Shown here piece after piece: positions 18,685 to 27,866 of a DNA stretch of 64,000 nucleotides (its first letter is position 1; each line of letters begins with the position of its first letter). The position numbers were made by a program, and so were the translations under genes. Under the pieces are notes generated by a model. The model was not told where the DNA came from. It worked only from the letters and a program-made list of their open reading frames with translations, and did no database searches. The stretch comes from Candidatus Deferrimicrobiaceae bacterium. Its GTDB lineage: Bacteria > Desulfobacterota > Deferrimicrobia > Deferrimicrobiales > Deferrimicrobiaceae. Location of the stretch: assembly GCA_963792415.1 (NCBI GenBank), contig CAWBVY010000009.1:1-64000 (forward strand), in the 5' to 3' direction.

Positions 18685-19644
18685 ATGAAGATCGTGATCC
18701 TCGACGGATACACCGAAAATCCCGGCGACCTCAGCTGGAGCGGATTCGAGGCGCTTGGCTCGCTCACCGTCCATGACCGGACGCCCGTCGACAAGGTCGT
18801 GGAGCGCATCGGCTCGGCCGAGGCGGTGATCATCAACAAGACGCCGCTGGGCCGGGCCGCCATCGAGGCCTGCCCCTCCATCCGCTACATCGGCGTGCTC
18901 GCGACCGGTTACAACGTCGTCGACATCGCCGCCTGCCTGGAACGGGGCATCGTGGTCTCCAACATCCCCACCTACGGCACGGCCGCCGTGGCTCAGATGT
19001 CCATCGCCCTTCTCCTGGAACTCTGTCACCACGTCGGGGCGCACTCCGATTCGGTGTTCGCAGGCGAGTGGCAGAACAGCCCGGACTGGTGCTACTGGAA
19101 ATTCCCCCTTGTCGAACTCGCGGGCAAGACCATGGGCATCATCGGATTCGGCCGCATCGGCCAGGCGACCGCCAGGATCGCCCAGGCCCTGGGCATGAGA
19201 ATCCTCGCGCATGACGAGAACAAGGTCCCGGGAATCGAGAGCGAGACCTGCCGCTACGTCGACCTGGACACCCTGCTCTCCTCCTCGGACGTGATCTCGC
19301 TGCACTGCCCTCTCTTCCCCTCCACCCAGGGGATCATCAACAAGGCGAACATCGCCAAGATGCGGGACGGCGTGTTCATCATCAACACCTCTCGCGGCCC
19401 TCTCATCGTGGAGCAGGATCTCTACGAAGGGCTCGAGAGCGGCAAGATCGGCGGGGCGGGGCTCGATGTCGTGTCGAGCGAGCCCATCAAGGCGGACAAT
19501 CCCTTGCTCAAGGCGAAGCGCTGCATCATCACCCCGCACATCGCCTGGGCGCCCAGGGAATCGCGCCAAAGACTGATGGACATCGCGGTGGAAAATCTCG
19601 CCCGCTTCATCGCGGGGACGCCGGTCAACGTCGTCAAGGGCTGA
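18685..19644 (+). CDS. D-2-hydroxyacid dehydrogenase (glycerate dehydrogenase-like)
   Basis: MKIVILDGYTENPGDLSW, GIIGFGRIG, INTSRG, ITPHIAW; AAGGAG RBS. Confidence 0.92.
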   Translation: MKIVILDGYTENPGDLSWSGFEALGSLTVHDRTPVDKVVERIGSAEAVIINKTPLGRAAIEACPSIRYIGVLATGYNVVDIAACLERGIVVSNIPTYGTAAVAQMSIALLLELCHHVGAHSDSVFAGEWQNSPDWCYWKFPLVELAGKTMGIIGFGRIGQATARIAQALGMRILAHDENKVPGIESETCRYVDLDTLLSSSDVISLHCPLFPSTQGIINKANIAKMRDGVFIINTSRGPLIVEQDLYEGLESGKIGGAGLDVVSSEPIKADNPLLKAKRCIITPHIAWAPRESRQRLMDIAVENLARFIAGTPVNVVKG

Positions 19645-19941
19645 TCGTACTCGCCCCCGGCGTCACGACCAGCGACTCGAAGGAACCGATCGGACCGAAC
19701 GGGGGACAAGTTCAAGGCGTTCCGACGCCTGCACATGTGCTTGGGTCCGCGTCGTCAACCAATATCGGAGTGCCCCGCCAATTTCCGAACCGCTAAAGGA
19801 CTACTCCTCCCCTGAACCCTCTCCAACCGCACATGGGGTTTCCAGCTCGCACCTGGGCGCACTCGCCCAAATCGGACAAAGACGTACGGAGGCGTTCTGC
19901 CCTAAAATACGGGGATACCGATGCGTGGAGGGAGGGAAGGC

Positions 19942-21401
19942 ATGAAAAGGATTCCCTTGTTCGCAGCCATGAGCCTCCTGCTGGGAGCGCTGGTCGCACT
20001 GTCCGCCGGTGCGGCGCAACCCGCGGAACGGGCGAAAGCCCCTTCGGGATCCGTGCCGCTCAAGGCAAGGGAGTGGAAAGGCGATCTGGACGGGATGGTC
20101 AAGCGTCGCGTCATCCGGGCGCTGGTCGTGAACTCCAAGACCTTCTATTTTCTCGACAAGGGCCGGCAATACGGCGCGTCCTACGAGGCGCTGAAGGCGT
20201 TCGAAAAGGAACTGAACAAGACGATCAAGGCGAAGGACCGGAAGATCCAGGTATTCTTCATCCCCGTGTCGCGCGACAAGATCATCCCGGCGCTTCTGGC
20301 CGGACACGGCGACATCGCCGCCGCCAACCTCACCATCACGCCCGAGCGTCGGAAGCAGGTGGACTTCTCCGTGCCGATCTACAGCAACGTGAGCGAGATC
20401 GTCGTGACGGGGCCGTCCTCGCCGAAGATCGCCAGCGTCGAGGATCTCTCCGGCAAGGAAGTCTTCGTGCGCAAATCCTCCAGCTATTACGAGCATCTCG
20501 AGCAATGGAACGCCCGCTTCCGCAAGGAGGGCAAGTCCCCGGTGAAGCTTCGGCCGGCGCCGGAGAACCTCGAGGACGAGGACCTGCTCGAGATGCTGAG
20601 CGCCGGGCTGGTGAACCTCGTCGTCGTCGACAACCACAAGGCGCAGTTCTGGAAGAAGATCTTCAAGGACATCACCCTGCACCCGGAGGCGGCGGTCCAC
20701 ACCGGTGGCGAGATCGCCTGGATGTTCCGGAAGAACAGTCCCCGGCTGAAACGCGCCGTGGGCGCATTCGTGAAGACCCACAAGATCGGTACCAGCTTCG
20801 GCAACCAGGTCATCAAGCGCTACCTGAAGAGCACCCGGTTCGTGAAGAACTCGACCTCGGAGGCCGAACTCCGGAAGTTCCGGCAGATGGTCGCGCTGTT
20901 CCGGAAATACGGCGACCAGTACGATGTCGACTACCTGCTCTTGATGGCGCAGGGGTACCAGGAGTCCCGGCTCGACCACAGCGTGAGGAGCAGGGCGGGC
21001 GCGATCGGCGTCATGCAGGTGATGCCGGCGACCGGCAAGGAGCTCAGCGTGGGCGACGTCCGCAAACTCGAGCCGAACATCCACGCGGGAGTGAAGTACA
21101 TCCGCTTCATGATCGACCAGTATTACGCGAATGAGCCGATGGACCAGTTGAACAAGATGCTGTTCACCTTCGCCTCGTACAATGCGGGCCCGTCCCGGAT
21201 TCAGGGGTTGCGCAAGGAAGCGGAACGGGGGGACTCGACCCGAACGTCTGGTTCAACAACGTCGAGGTGGTGGCGGCGAACCGGATCGGGTCCGAGACGG
21301 TTACCTACGTGTCCAACATCTACAAGTATTTCATCGCCTACACGCTCGTGACCGAGCACGAGGCGGAACGGGAGCGGGCGCTCAAAGAATTGAAGAAATA
21401 G
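19942..21401 (+). CDS. MltF-family lytic transglycosylase (substrate-binding plus SLT domain), frameshift in G-run near 21230
   Basis: GDIAAANLTITPER, QGYQES, GAIGVMQVMP, ASYNAGP; alternative frame continues LDPNVWFNNVE...YVSNIYKY to TAG at 21401. Confidence 0.85.
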
Positions 21402-21463
21402 GCCCGCCGGACGGATCTCCGGGTCGGGCCGTCGAGTTCTGCGCGGGGTTCCCCACCACCCCC

Positions 21464-22081
21464 TCAAAGGGGCGATTTTACGGGCGGGTCTATTTTGTCC
21501 TTTTCCGCGTCGACCGGTTCCTCGACCCCTTCGCGTGCGTAAACCTTCCGGGAAAATTCCTTGAGAGTGAAGAGTTTTATGCTCTCGGCCATCTGGAAAT
21601 CCGCCTCCAAGCGGCCGTCCGCACCAAAGAAGTCCCGGGCTTGGACCTTTGCCATCTCCCGTTTAATCTTTTCCCGATCCGCCTCCATGTCCTCCAGTTC
21701 CGTGAAAGTGAACTTCTCCTTCCGGCTCTCGCGGTGGATTTCATCCTGGAACCGTTCCTCGTTCTCGGCGACCTCCGCGTAATCTTCGTTAACGGTTGCG
21801 TTGAAGCGGGCGATGATCCTGTCCTCCCATTCTTTGCTGGGCGAAGTGAAGGTCAGGACGTGCGCTTCCCCGCGGAACTCCTCGATCTTGGCGACAAGCC
21901 GCTGGATTTCCGATTCGTTCTCCGGGGTCTTGGGGAGGAGGCATACCATCTGCTGAAGGCTTAGGGCGCCAAGCGTTCTCATTTGACGCCAGAGGTAGGT
22001 GCGAAACCGCGTAGGATCTTGGGGAACCTTGTAGATCAACAACAACCAGTGGCGCGCGGTGTCGTCGCTCACCGGAGGCAC
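21464..22081 (-). CDS. ChrB-like (chromate resistance regulator N-terminal domain) protein
   Basis: WLLLIYKVPQDPTRFRTYLWRQMRTLGA..LQQ.VCLLP, KVQARDFFGA. Confidence 0.75.
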   Translation of the reverse strand: MPPVSDDTARHWLLLIYKVPQDPTRFRTYLWRQMRTLGALSLQQMVCLLPKTPENESEIQRLVAKIEEFRGEAHVLTFTSPSKEWEDRIIARFNATVNEDYAEVAENEERFQDEIHRESRKEKFTFTELEDMEADREKIKREMAKVQARDFFGADGRLEADFQMAESIKLFTLKEFSRKVYAREGVEEPVDAEKDKIDPPVKSPL

Positions 22082-22116
22082 CTCCCCATACTCTAATTGG
22101 CCTTATTGTGTTACTC

Positions 22117-22340
22117 GATACTTGTAACATAAGCCTCACTTGTTTTCCAAGTACCATTTTGCGGATGAAGGGGAATCTCGGTTTGGGCATGTGTCTTGGC
22201 ATTTGGAAGACCTTTTAGATGGGAGCCTCCGCTTCCATAAGATTATAATATAATTCATGAATTTCGTTATTATCGACGTATGGTTCTCCTGCGATCGAGT
22301 TGGCTTGACATAAATGCGACACATGTGATACATGTAACAT
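22117..22340. promoter_or_regulatory. two copies of candidate operator GATACWTGTAACAT in the divergent chrB-terC intergenic region
   Basis: GATACTTGTAACAT at 22117-22130 and GATACATGTAACAT at 22327-22340; TTGACA at 22305-22310. Confidence 0.55.
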
Positions 22341-22379
22341 ACAATACTTATGCCAAATATGATGCGGGGAGGTGGCATC

Positions 22380-23444
22380 ATGCAGATCCTGGCGTTGTGG
22401 GGATTCTTCGCGGGACTGGTGCTGGGGACGCTCTTCGTCGACCTCCTCAAGTTCAACAAGAACCCCCACGTGATGTCTCTTCGGGAAGCTTCCGTGTGGT
22501 GCGGCATCTGGGTCTCCCTGGCCGCGTCGTTCGGAGCCGCCATTTTCTACCTCGAGGGGTCGGTCAAGGGGCTGGAGTTCGTCACGGGCTACATCATCGA
22601 GTGGTCCCTGAGCGTGGACAACCTCTTCGTGTTCATCGTGATCTTCCGCTACTTCGCCGTCCCGCCGGCCTTTCAGCACCGGGTGCTCTTCTGGGGGATC
22701 ATGGGAGCCATCGTCCTGCGGGGCATCTTCATCGCCGCCGGCGTCGGCCTGCTGACGTATTTCCACTGGACGATCTACCTCTTCGGGGCCTTCCTGGTCT
22801 ACACGGGAGTAAAGCTCCTGCGCGCGGGAGAGGTGGAGGTCGAGCCGCAGAAAAACCCGGTTCTCCGATTTTTCAAACGCCTCATGCCGATCGAAACCGG
22901 TTATGACAAGCAGAGCTTCTTCGTGCGGCGGAATGATCGCCTGGTCGGGACCGCCCTCCTTCCGGTCCTGATCGTCATCGAGACGACCGACGTCATGTTC
23001 GCCGTGGACTCGGTGCCCGCCATCCTCGCCATCACCCGCGACCCCTTCATCGTGTACACGTCCAACATCTTCGCCATCCTCGGCCTCCGCGCCTTGTACT
23101 TCCTGCTCGCGGGGGTCATGGGAATGTTCCGGTACCTCAAGGTCGGGCTCTGCTTCGTCCTCACGTTCGTGGGGATCAAGATGCTGATCTCCGACTTCTA
23201 CAAGATCCCGATCACGGTGTCGCTCGGTGTCGTGGCGGGAATCCTGGCGGCCTCGATCGTGGTATCCCTGCTCCTACCCGCCAAGGAGGAAGTGGCGTCC
23301 GGTGACGCCGGCGAGGCGCCTGCGCAACCTCAACTTGCGGAAGAGTTCGCCCCTCAGGAAAACGACCTCGCCATCGCGGCCGGGAAACGTCAGCGTGGGC
23401 ACCAGGAAACCAAGGAAGAGGAGAAGGAATACGAACGGGTGTAG
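22380..23444 (+). CDS. TerC/Alx family membrane protein
   Basis: EWSLSVDNLFVF, QHRVLFWGI, ETTDVMFAVDSVPA, SNIFAILGLRALYF. Confidence 0.92.
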   Translation: MQILALWGFFAGLVLGTLFVDLLKFNKNPHVMSLREASVWCGIWVSLAASFGAAIFYLEGSVKGLEFVTGYIIEWSLSVDNLFVFIVIFRYFAVPPAFQHRVLFWGIMGAIVLRGIFIAAGVGLLTYFHWTIYLFGAFLVYTGVKLLRAGEVEVEPQKNPVLRFFKRLMPIETGYDKQSFFVRRNDRLVGTALLPVLIVIETTDVMFAVDSVPAILAITRDPFIVYTSNIFAILGLRALYFLLAGVMGMFRYLKVGLCFVLTFVGIKMLISDFYKIPITVSLGVVAGILAASIVVSLLLPAKEEVASGDAGEAPAQPQLAEEFAPQENDLAIAAGKRQRGHQETKEEEKEYERV

Positions 23445-23744
23445 CCGTTCCGCCGCGCATTCGGAGAGGCGAATGGGAATCCACGGATTCCCATTCGCCG
23501 TAATGGGGGCGGTGGCGGAGGGGCGGCAGGACTTCTCGGTCCCGGGGAACGGATCTTCTGCGGCGAGTTCGACGGCGGGCGGCCCCGACGATGGAACCGC
23601 CATGCCGGCTGCCTCCGTCCCTCTTGCCCCTCCCTTGGACGAAGCTATTGTGCAGGACTCTGCCGGGAACGTATGATCATTCGGAACAGGTCGCGTGCAG
23701 GCAGGAAAACCGCGGCATTCCGATCGTCGAAAAGGAGAACGGGG

Positions 23745-24041
23745 ATGACTTCCAGGAGAACCGGATTCGCCATCCTCGCGGCGGCGTTCCTTCTGGCGGG
23801 ATGCCTTTATTCAAACGTGGTGGCCCCCCTGAGCACCGACCTGAACAAAACCAGCCTGGGAAATAAGGAGGGCCGGGCCTCCACGCATTCGGTGCTCTGG
23901 CTCGTCTCCTGGGGAGACGCGGGGGTTGCCGCCGCAGCGAAGAACGGCGGCCTGACCACGGTCAACCACATGGACGTGGAAATCCGGAACATCCTTTTCG
24001 GTCTTTACACGAAAGAGACCACCATCGTTTACGGCGATTGA
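23745..24041 (+). CDS. TRL-like family lipoprotein
   Basis: Lipobox LAGC; K.G.AS..SVLWLVSWGDAGV.AAAKNGG.T.V.H.D, T.VYG. Confidence 0.8.
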   Translation: MTSRRTGFAILAAAFLLAGCLYSNVVAPLSTDLNKTSLGNKEGRASTHSVLWLVSWGDAGVAAAAKNGGLTTVNHMDVEIRNILFGLYTKETTIVYGD

Positions 24042-24054
24042 CCGGGGATCCGCG

Positions 24055-24456
24055 GTGAAAAGAAAACGCCTCGCCGCCCTTGCCCTTGCGCCCGTCCTGC
24101 TCCTCTCCGGCTGCGGGAGCCTGGGGACTCTTTACACCTATCGAAGCTTCGGCCTCCTGTACACCCACACGGTACGACCCCTGTCCCGCCATCGGGGCCC
24201 CGTGGACGTTGCCCAAACGGGGGCCGCGAGCGGCAACATGAAACAGATCCAGTTCCAATATGTCTCGATCCTGTGGGACGACAACGCCATCGGCGAGATC
24301 GCCAAAAAAGGGGGGATCGAAACGATCCATTACGCCGACCTGGAGACGAGAAGCTACATCCTGGGTCTCTGGACGCGCCACACGGTTCACGTCTACGGAA
24401 CGGCGGAGAACCCCCCGGCGGCATCGCCACCGACAGGCGCCGACGTGGGAATGTGA
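24055..24456 (+). CDS. TRL-like family lipoprotein
   Basis: Lipobox LSGC; WDDNAIGEIAKKGGIETIHYAD...ILGLW....V.VYG. Confidence 0.7.
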   Translation: MKRKRLAALALAPVLLLSGCGSLGTLYTYRSFGLLYTHTVRPLSRHRGPVDVAQTGAASGNMKQIQFQYVSILWDDNAIGEIAKKGGIETIHYADLETRSYILGLWTRHTVHVYGTAENPPAASPPTGADVGM

Positions 24457-24470
24457 TCCCGAGGAGCTCC

Positions 24471-24773
24471 ATGAACAGGGGAAGATCGATCGTGGCGATA
24501 CTCGTCTTGGCGCTCCTTTCAGCGGGTTGCATGAAGCTGTATGCGGACTACAAGTCCCCCATGGATATCCACCTGGACAACACAATCCTCGGGAAAAAGG
24601 AGGGGCGGGCCTCGAGGCACACGGTGCTCTGGCTCGTCTCCTGGGGAGACGCGGGGGTTGCCGCCGCGGCAAAGAATGGCGGTCTCACCACGATGAACCA
24701 CATGGACTCGGAAAGATTCCAGGTCCTCTACGGCCTCTACACGCAGGAGACCGTCGTCGTTTACGGGGACTGA
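24471..24773 (+). CDS. TRL-like family lipoprotein (close paralog of 23745..24041)
   Basis: Lipobox SAGC; identical VLWLVSWGDAGVAAAAKNGGLTT segment. Confidence 0.8.
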   Translation: MNRGRSIVAILVLALLSAGCMKLYADYKSPMDIHLDNTILGKKEGRASRHTVLWLVSWGDAGVAAAAKNGGLTTMNHMDSERFQVLYGLYTQETVVVYGD

Positions 24774-24796
24774 CGGCGGGAGTCGCCCGAACGTGA

Positions 24797-24855
24797 CCTG
24801 CCCCCCGGTTTCAGACCCGTCGCACGAGGGAATTTTCGAAGGATTTCACCTTGCC
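24797..24855. repeat. dispersed intergenic repeat family B, copy 1
   Basis: CCTGCCCCCCGGTTTCAGACCCGT is identical to 62778-62801 and similarity continues ungapped to GGATTTC.CCTTGCC. Confidence 0.7.
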
Positions 24856-24949
24856 GGTAATCAGGCCTCTGCAGGTTCCTAAGGGACCGATCGGAGTTCC
24901 TGGAAGGGTTTCGATTCCATTAGCCGCGGCGGCGGAAAACGATCTACCC

Positions 24950-26386
24950 TCACGGCGGTTCCTCCCCGACGATATCGCCCCGGGTCGGGCGCCTGCCGCC
25001 CCCTCTTCCCGGCGGTTCCATGTCGATGCCGAATTTCCTCATCTTCGCGAGAAGACCGACCCGTGAGATGCCCAGGATGGCCGCCGTCGCCGTCCGATTC
25101 CCGCCCGCGTGTTCCAGGACGATCCGGATGTGTTCCGCCTCGAGCTCGTCCAGGGTCTTCCGGACATCCCGCGGTACGGACGGCCCGGCACGGGTGACCG
25201 CCTTGACAAGGTACGCCGGCAGGCTGCCCCGGCCCAGCGTTCGTCCGTTCTCCAGGACCACCGAACTGGCGACGATATTTTCCAGTTCCCGGACATTGCC
25301 CGGATAGTCGTACGCCTCCAGCAGGCTCATCACGTCGTCGGAAATCCCGGCGATCGACTTGTCGTTCAACTTGCCGTGCTTCTCGAGGAAATGGTGGGCG
25401 AGCAGCTCCACGTCCCCCCTCCGCTCCCGCAGCGGCGACAGGAAGATCGAGCTGATGTTGAGCCGATGATACAGGTCCCTGCGGAACCGTCCGCCCTCGA
25501 TTTCCGCCTCCAGGTCCTTGTTCGTCGAGGCGATGATCCGGACGTCGGCCCCCCGTTCCCGGGTGGAGCCCAGCCGGAAGTATTCGCCGCTCTGCAGGAC
25601 CCTCAGGAGCTTCGACTGGACCGGCAGCTCGAGCTCGCCGATCTCGTCGAGAAACAGGATTCCGCCGTCCGCCTCCTCGATCAATCCCGCCTTTGCCTGA
25701 GCCGCCCCGGTGAACGCCCCCTTGTCGTGGCCGAAGAATTCCGAGGAGAACAGTGCGGAGGCGAATGTCCCGGCGTTCACGGCGACGAAGGGTTTGTCGC
25801 GGCGCCTGCCGATGCGGTGGACGGCCCTCGCCACCAGTTCCTTCCCGGTGCCGCTTTCCCCCCAGATCAGCACGTTGTTGTCGCTCTCCGCGATCTGCTC
25901 GACCTTCCGGAGCGTTCGAAGGAACTTCCGGTCCTGGGTCAGGATCCCCCGGAACTCCTCCTTGTGCCGGAGTCCCTCCAGGCTGATCCGGTCCTGCAGC
26001 TTGTCGATCTCCCCCCGCAGGCGGGACCGTTCCAGCGCGCGGTCCAGCGTGGTAAGCAGACGGTTGTCGTCCACCGGCTTGCAGAGGTAGTCGTAGGCCC
26101 CCATCTTCATCGACTCGACGGCAAGCTCCACGTCCTCCACCCCGGTGATGATCACCACTTCCATCCCGGGGTGGTTTCGTTGCACGTGCTGCAGCACCTC
26201 TTTTCCCGTCACCCCGGGCATGTCCATGTCCAGGAGCAACAGGTCGAACCCCCCCGAATCGATCGTGTCGAACGCTTTCGTGCTGTCGGCGAGCGCCTCG
26301 ACCTCGAAGCGCCCCGTCTGAAGCAGCAGCACCAGGAAATAGTTCAGGACGCCCTTGTCGTCGTCGATGACCAGGATGCGGTTCAC
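24950..26386 (-). CDS. sigma54-dependent response regulator (NtrC family)
   Basis: GTG start, RILVIDDD receiver, GESGTGKE, GAFTGA, LFLDEIG, YPGNVREL, C-terminal HTH; the longer ORF call upstream is shadow. Confidence 0.92.
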   Translation of the reverse strand: MNRILVIDDDKGVLNYFLVLLLQTGRFEVEALADSTKAFDTIDSGGFDLLLLDMDMPGVTGKEVLQHVQRNHPGMEVVIITGVEDVELAVESMKMGAYDYLCKPVDDNRLLTTLDRALERSRLRGEIDKLQDRISLEGLRHKEEFRGILTQDRKFLRTLRKVEQIAESDNNVLIWGESGTGKELVARAVHRIGRRRDKPFVAVNAGTFASALFSSEFFGHDKGAFTGAAQAKAGLIEEADGGILFLDEIGELELPVQSKLLRVLQSGEYFRLGSTRERGADVRIIASTNKDLEAEIEGGRFRRDLYHRLNISSIFLSPLRERRGDVELLAHHFLEKHGKLNDKSIAGISDDVMSLLEAYDYPGNVRELENIVASSVVLENGRTLGRGSLPAYLVKAVTRAGPSVPRDVRKTLDELEAEHIRIVLEHAGGNRTATAAILGISRVGLLAKMRKFGIDMEPPGRGGGRRPTRGDIVGEEPP

Positions 26387-27849
26387 GAGGCGCTCCGGGC
26401 CACCGGCAGGATGTAATGGAACGTCGTCCCCTGTCCGGGGAGGGTATCGACTTCGATCGACCCCCCGTGCTCCTTGATGATCCCGTAGGTGATCGACATG
26501 CCGAGCCCGGTGCCGCCGATGCGCTGCTTGGTGGTGAAGAACGGGTCGAACAGCCGTTCCTTGACCTCGTCGGTCATCCCCGGGCCGTTGTCGGAGATGG
26601 ACAAACACACCTGCCGGCCGTCGTTCTCCAGCCGGGTGGCGATCCGGATGCAGGCGTCCGGACGATCCTCCACCGCCTCGGCCGCGTTGATCAGCGTATT
26701 GACCACCACCTGCTCCAGCTGGATCAGGCTCCCCTTGAGCGCGGGCAGCCCTTCCGCCAGGCTTTGCTCCACCCGGTAGCGCTTGATCTTGTTGTGCACC
26801 AGCCGGGCAGCGGCTTCGACGACCCGGTTCACGTCCACCTTCTCGTCGAGCCTGCCCTCGTCCCGGCGGGCGAACGTCTTGAGGTCCCGGACGATGTTCC
26901 CGATGCGCCCCGCGCCGTCCGCCATGTCCTTGAGGAGAACCGGGACCTGTTCCCGGAAGAACGGGTACGGGAGCCGGGCGATCTTCATGCCGGGGTCCTT
27001 CCCCTCCTTCTCTTCCAGGACGGGCAGGATGTCCCGGATCGCCTCCCGGAGAATCTGCATGTTCCCCTGGATGAACTGGATGGGATTGTTGATCTCGTGC
27101 GCGATGCCCGAAACAAGCTGCCCCATCGAGGCAAGCTTCTCGGCCTGGACGAGCTGCTTCTGCCGTTCGAACAGCTTCGCGTTCGCCTCCGCCAATTCTC
27201 CCGACTTCTTCTCCAGCATGTTCTGCGTCAGCAACAGCCTCTTCTCGCGGAGCCTCAGGCTGTTGACGATCGTACAGGACAGATAGATCGTGGTTACCAA
27301 CGTAACCAACAGGCCCAGGCTCACCACCGACAGGAACAGGAGGTTCCCGTGACGGGAGTGGACGAACAGTCCCTCCAGCGGATAGTGGGGGACGATCTCC
27401 AGGTATTCCAGGGCGACGACCGAGAGGAACATGCAGTAGGAGACCAACCCCAGGAGCCACACCTCCGCGCGCGGGAGGAGCATGCTGGCCAGGATCGCGT
27501 GAAACAGGTAGAAGTAGAGGAACGGGTTTTCGCCTCCCCCCGTAAAATGGATGAGGAAGGTCAGGGCCAGAAGATCCAGCCCGATCTGCAGGTAGGTCTC
27601 GATCCGGCTGACGGTGAGATCCGGTACCGACGCGCCCTTCCGGGACCGGTAATACAGACCGAAGCCCACGTTGTACAGGAGGATGACGGCCCAGACGAGC
27701 AGGACCTTGCCGACGGGGAACCGGATTTCGAAGGCGTAGCGGCCGGCCACGATGGTGACGGCGAGGACCGCCAGAAACAGCCACCGGACCTTGACGATCC
27801 ACCCGACGCGAACGAGAAGCTCTTCTTCCCGCAGCGATCGATCCGGCAA
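26383..27849 (-). CDS. membrane sensor histidine kinase
   Basis: Several TM helices, EKLASMGQLVSGIAHEINNP, DNGPG, FFTTK, GTGLG; TTG start after AAGGAG. Confidence 0.9.
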   Translation of the reverse strand: MPDRSLREEELLVRVGWIVKVRWLFLAVLAVTIVAGRYAFEIRFPVGKVLLVWAVILLYNVGFGLYYRSRKGASVPDLTVSRIETYLQIGLDLLALTFLIHFTGGGENPFLYFYLFHAILASMLLPRAEVWLLGLVSYCMFLSVVALEYLEIVPHYPLEGLFVHSRHGNLLFLSVVSLGLLVTLVTTIYLSCTIVNSLRLREKRLLLTQNMLEKKSGELAEANAKLFERQKQLVQAEKLASMGQLVSGIAHEINNPIQFIQGNMQILREAIRDILPVLEEKEGKDPGMKIARLPYPFFREQVPVLLKDMADGAGRIGNIVRDLKTFARRDEGRLDEKVDVNRVVEAAARLVHNKIKRYRVEQSLAEGLPALKGSLIQLEQVVVNTLINAAEAVEDRPDACIRIATRLENDGRQVCLSISDNGPGMTDEVKERLFDPFFTTKQRIGGTGLGMSITYGIIKEHGGSIEVDTLPGQGTTFHYILPVARSAS

Positions 27850-27866
27850 CCGGACAGCTCCTTTCC

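Noticed and set aside
19780-19860. Possible sixth decayed att module (GCTAAAGG...ATGGGGTTTCCAGC)
   Set aside because: Similarity is too short and gapped to support by eye; it needs a profile search.
23445-23670. Short ORFs between terC and the TRL-like genes
   Set aside because: No RBS or recognisable motif; probably non-coding or an unrecognisable remnant.
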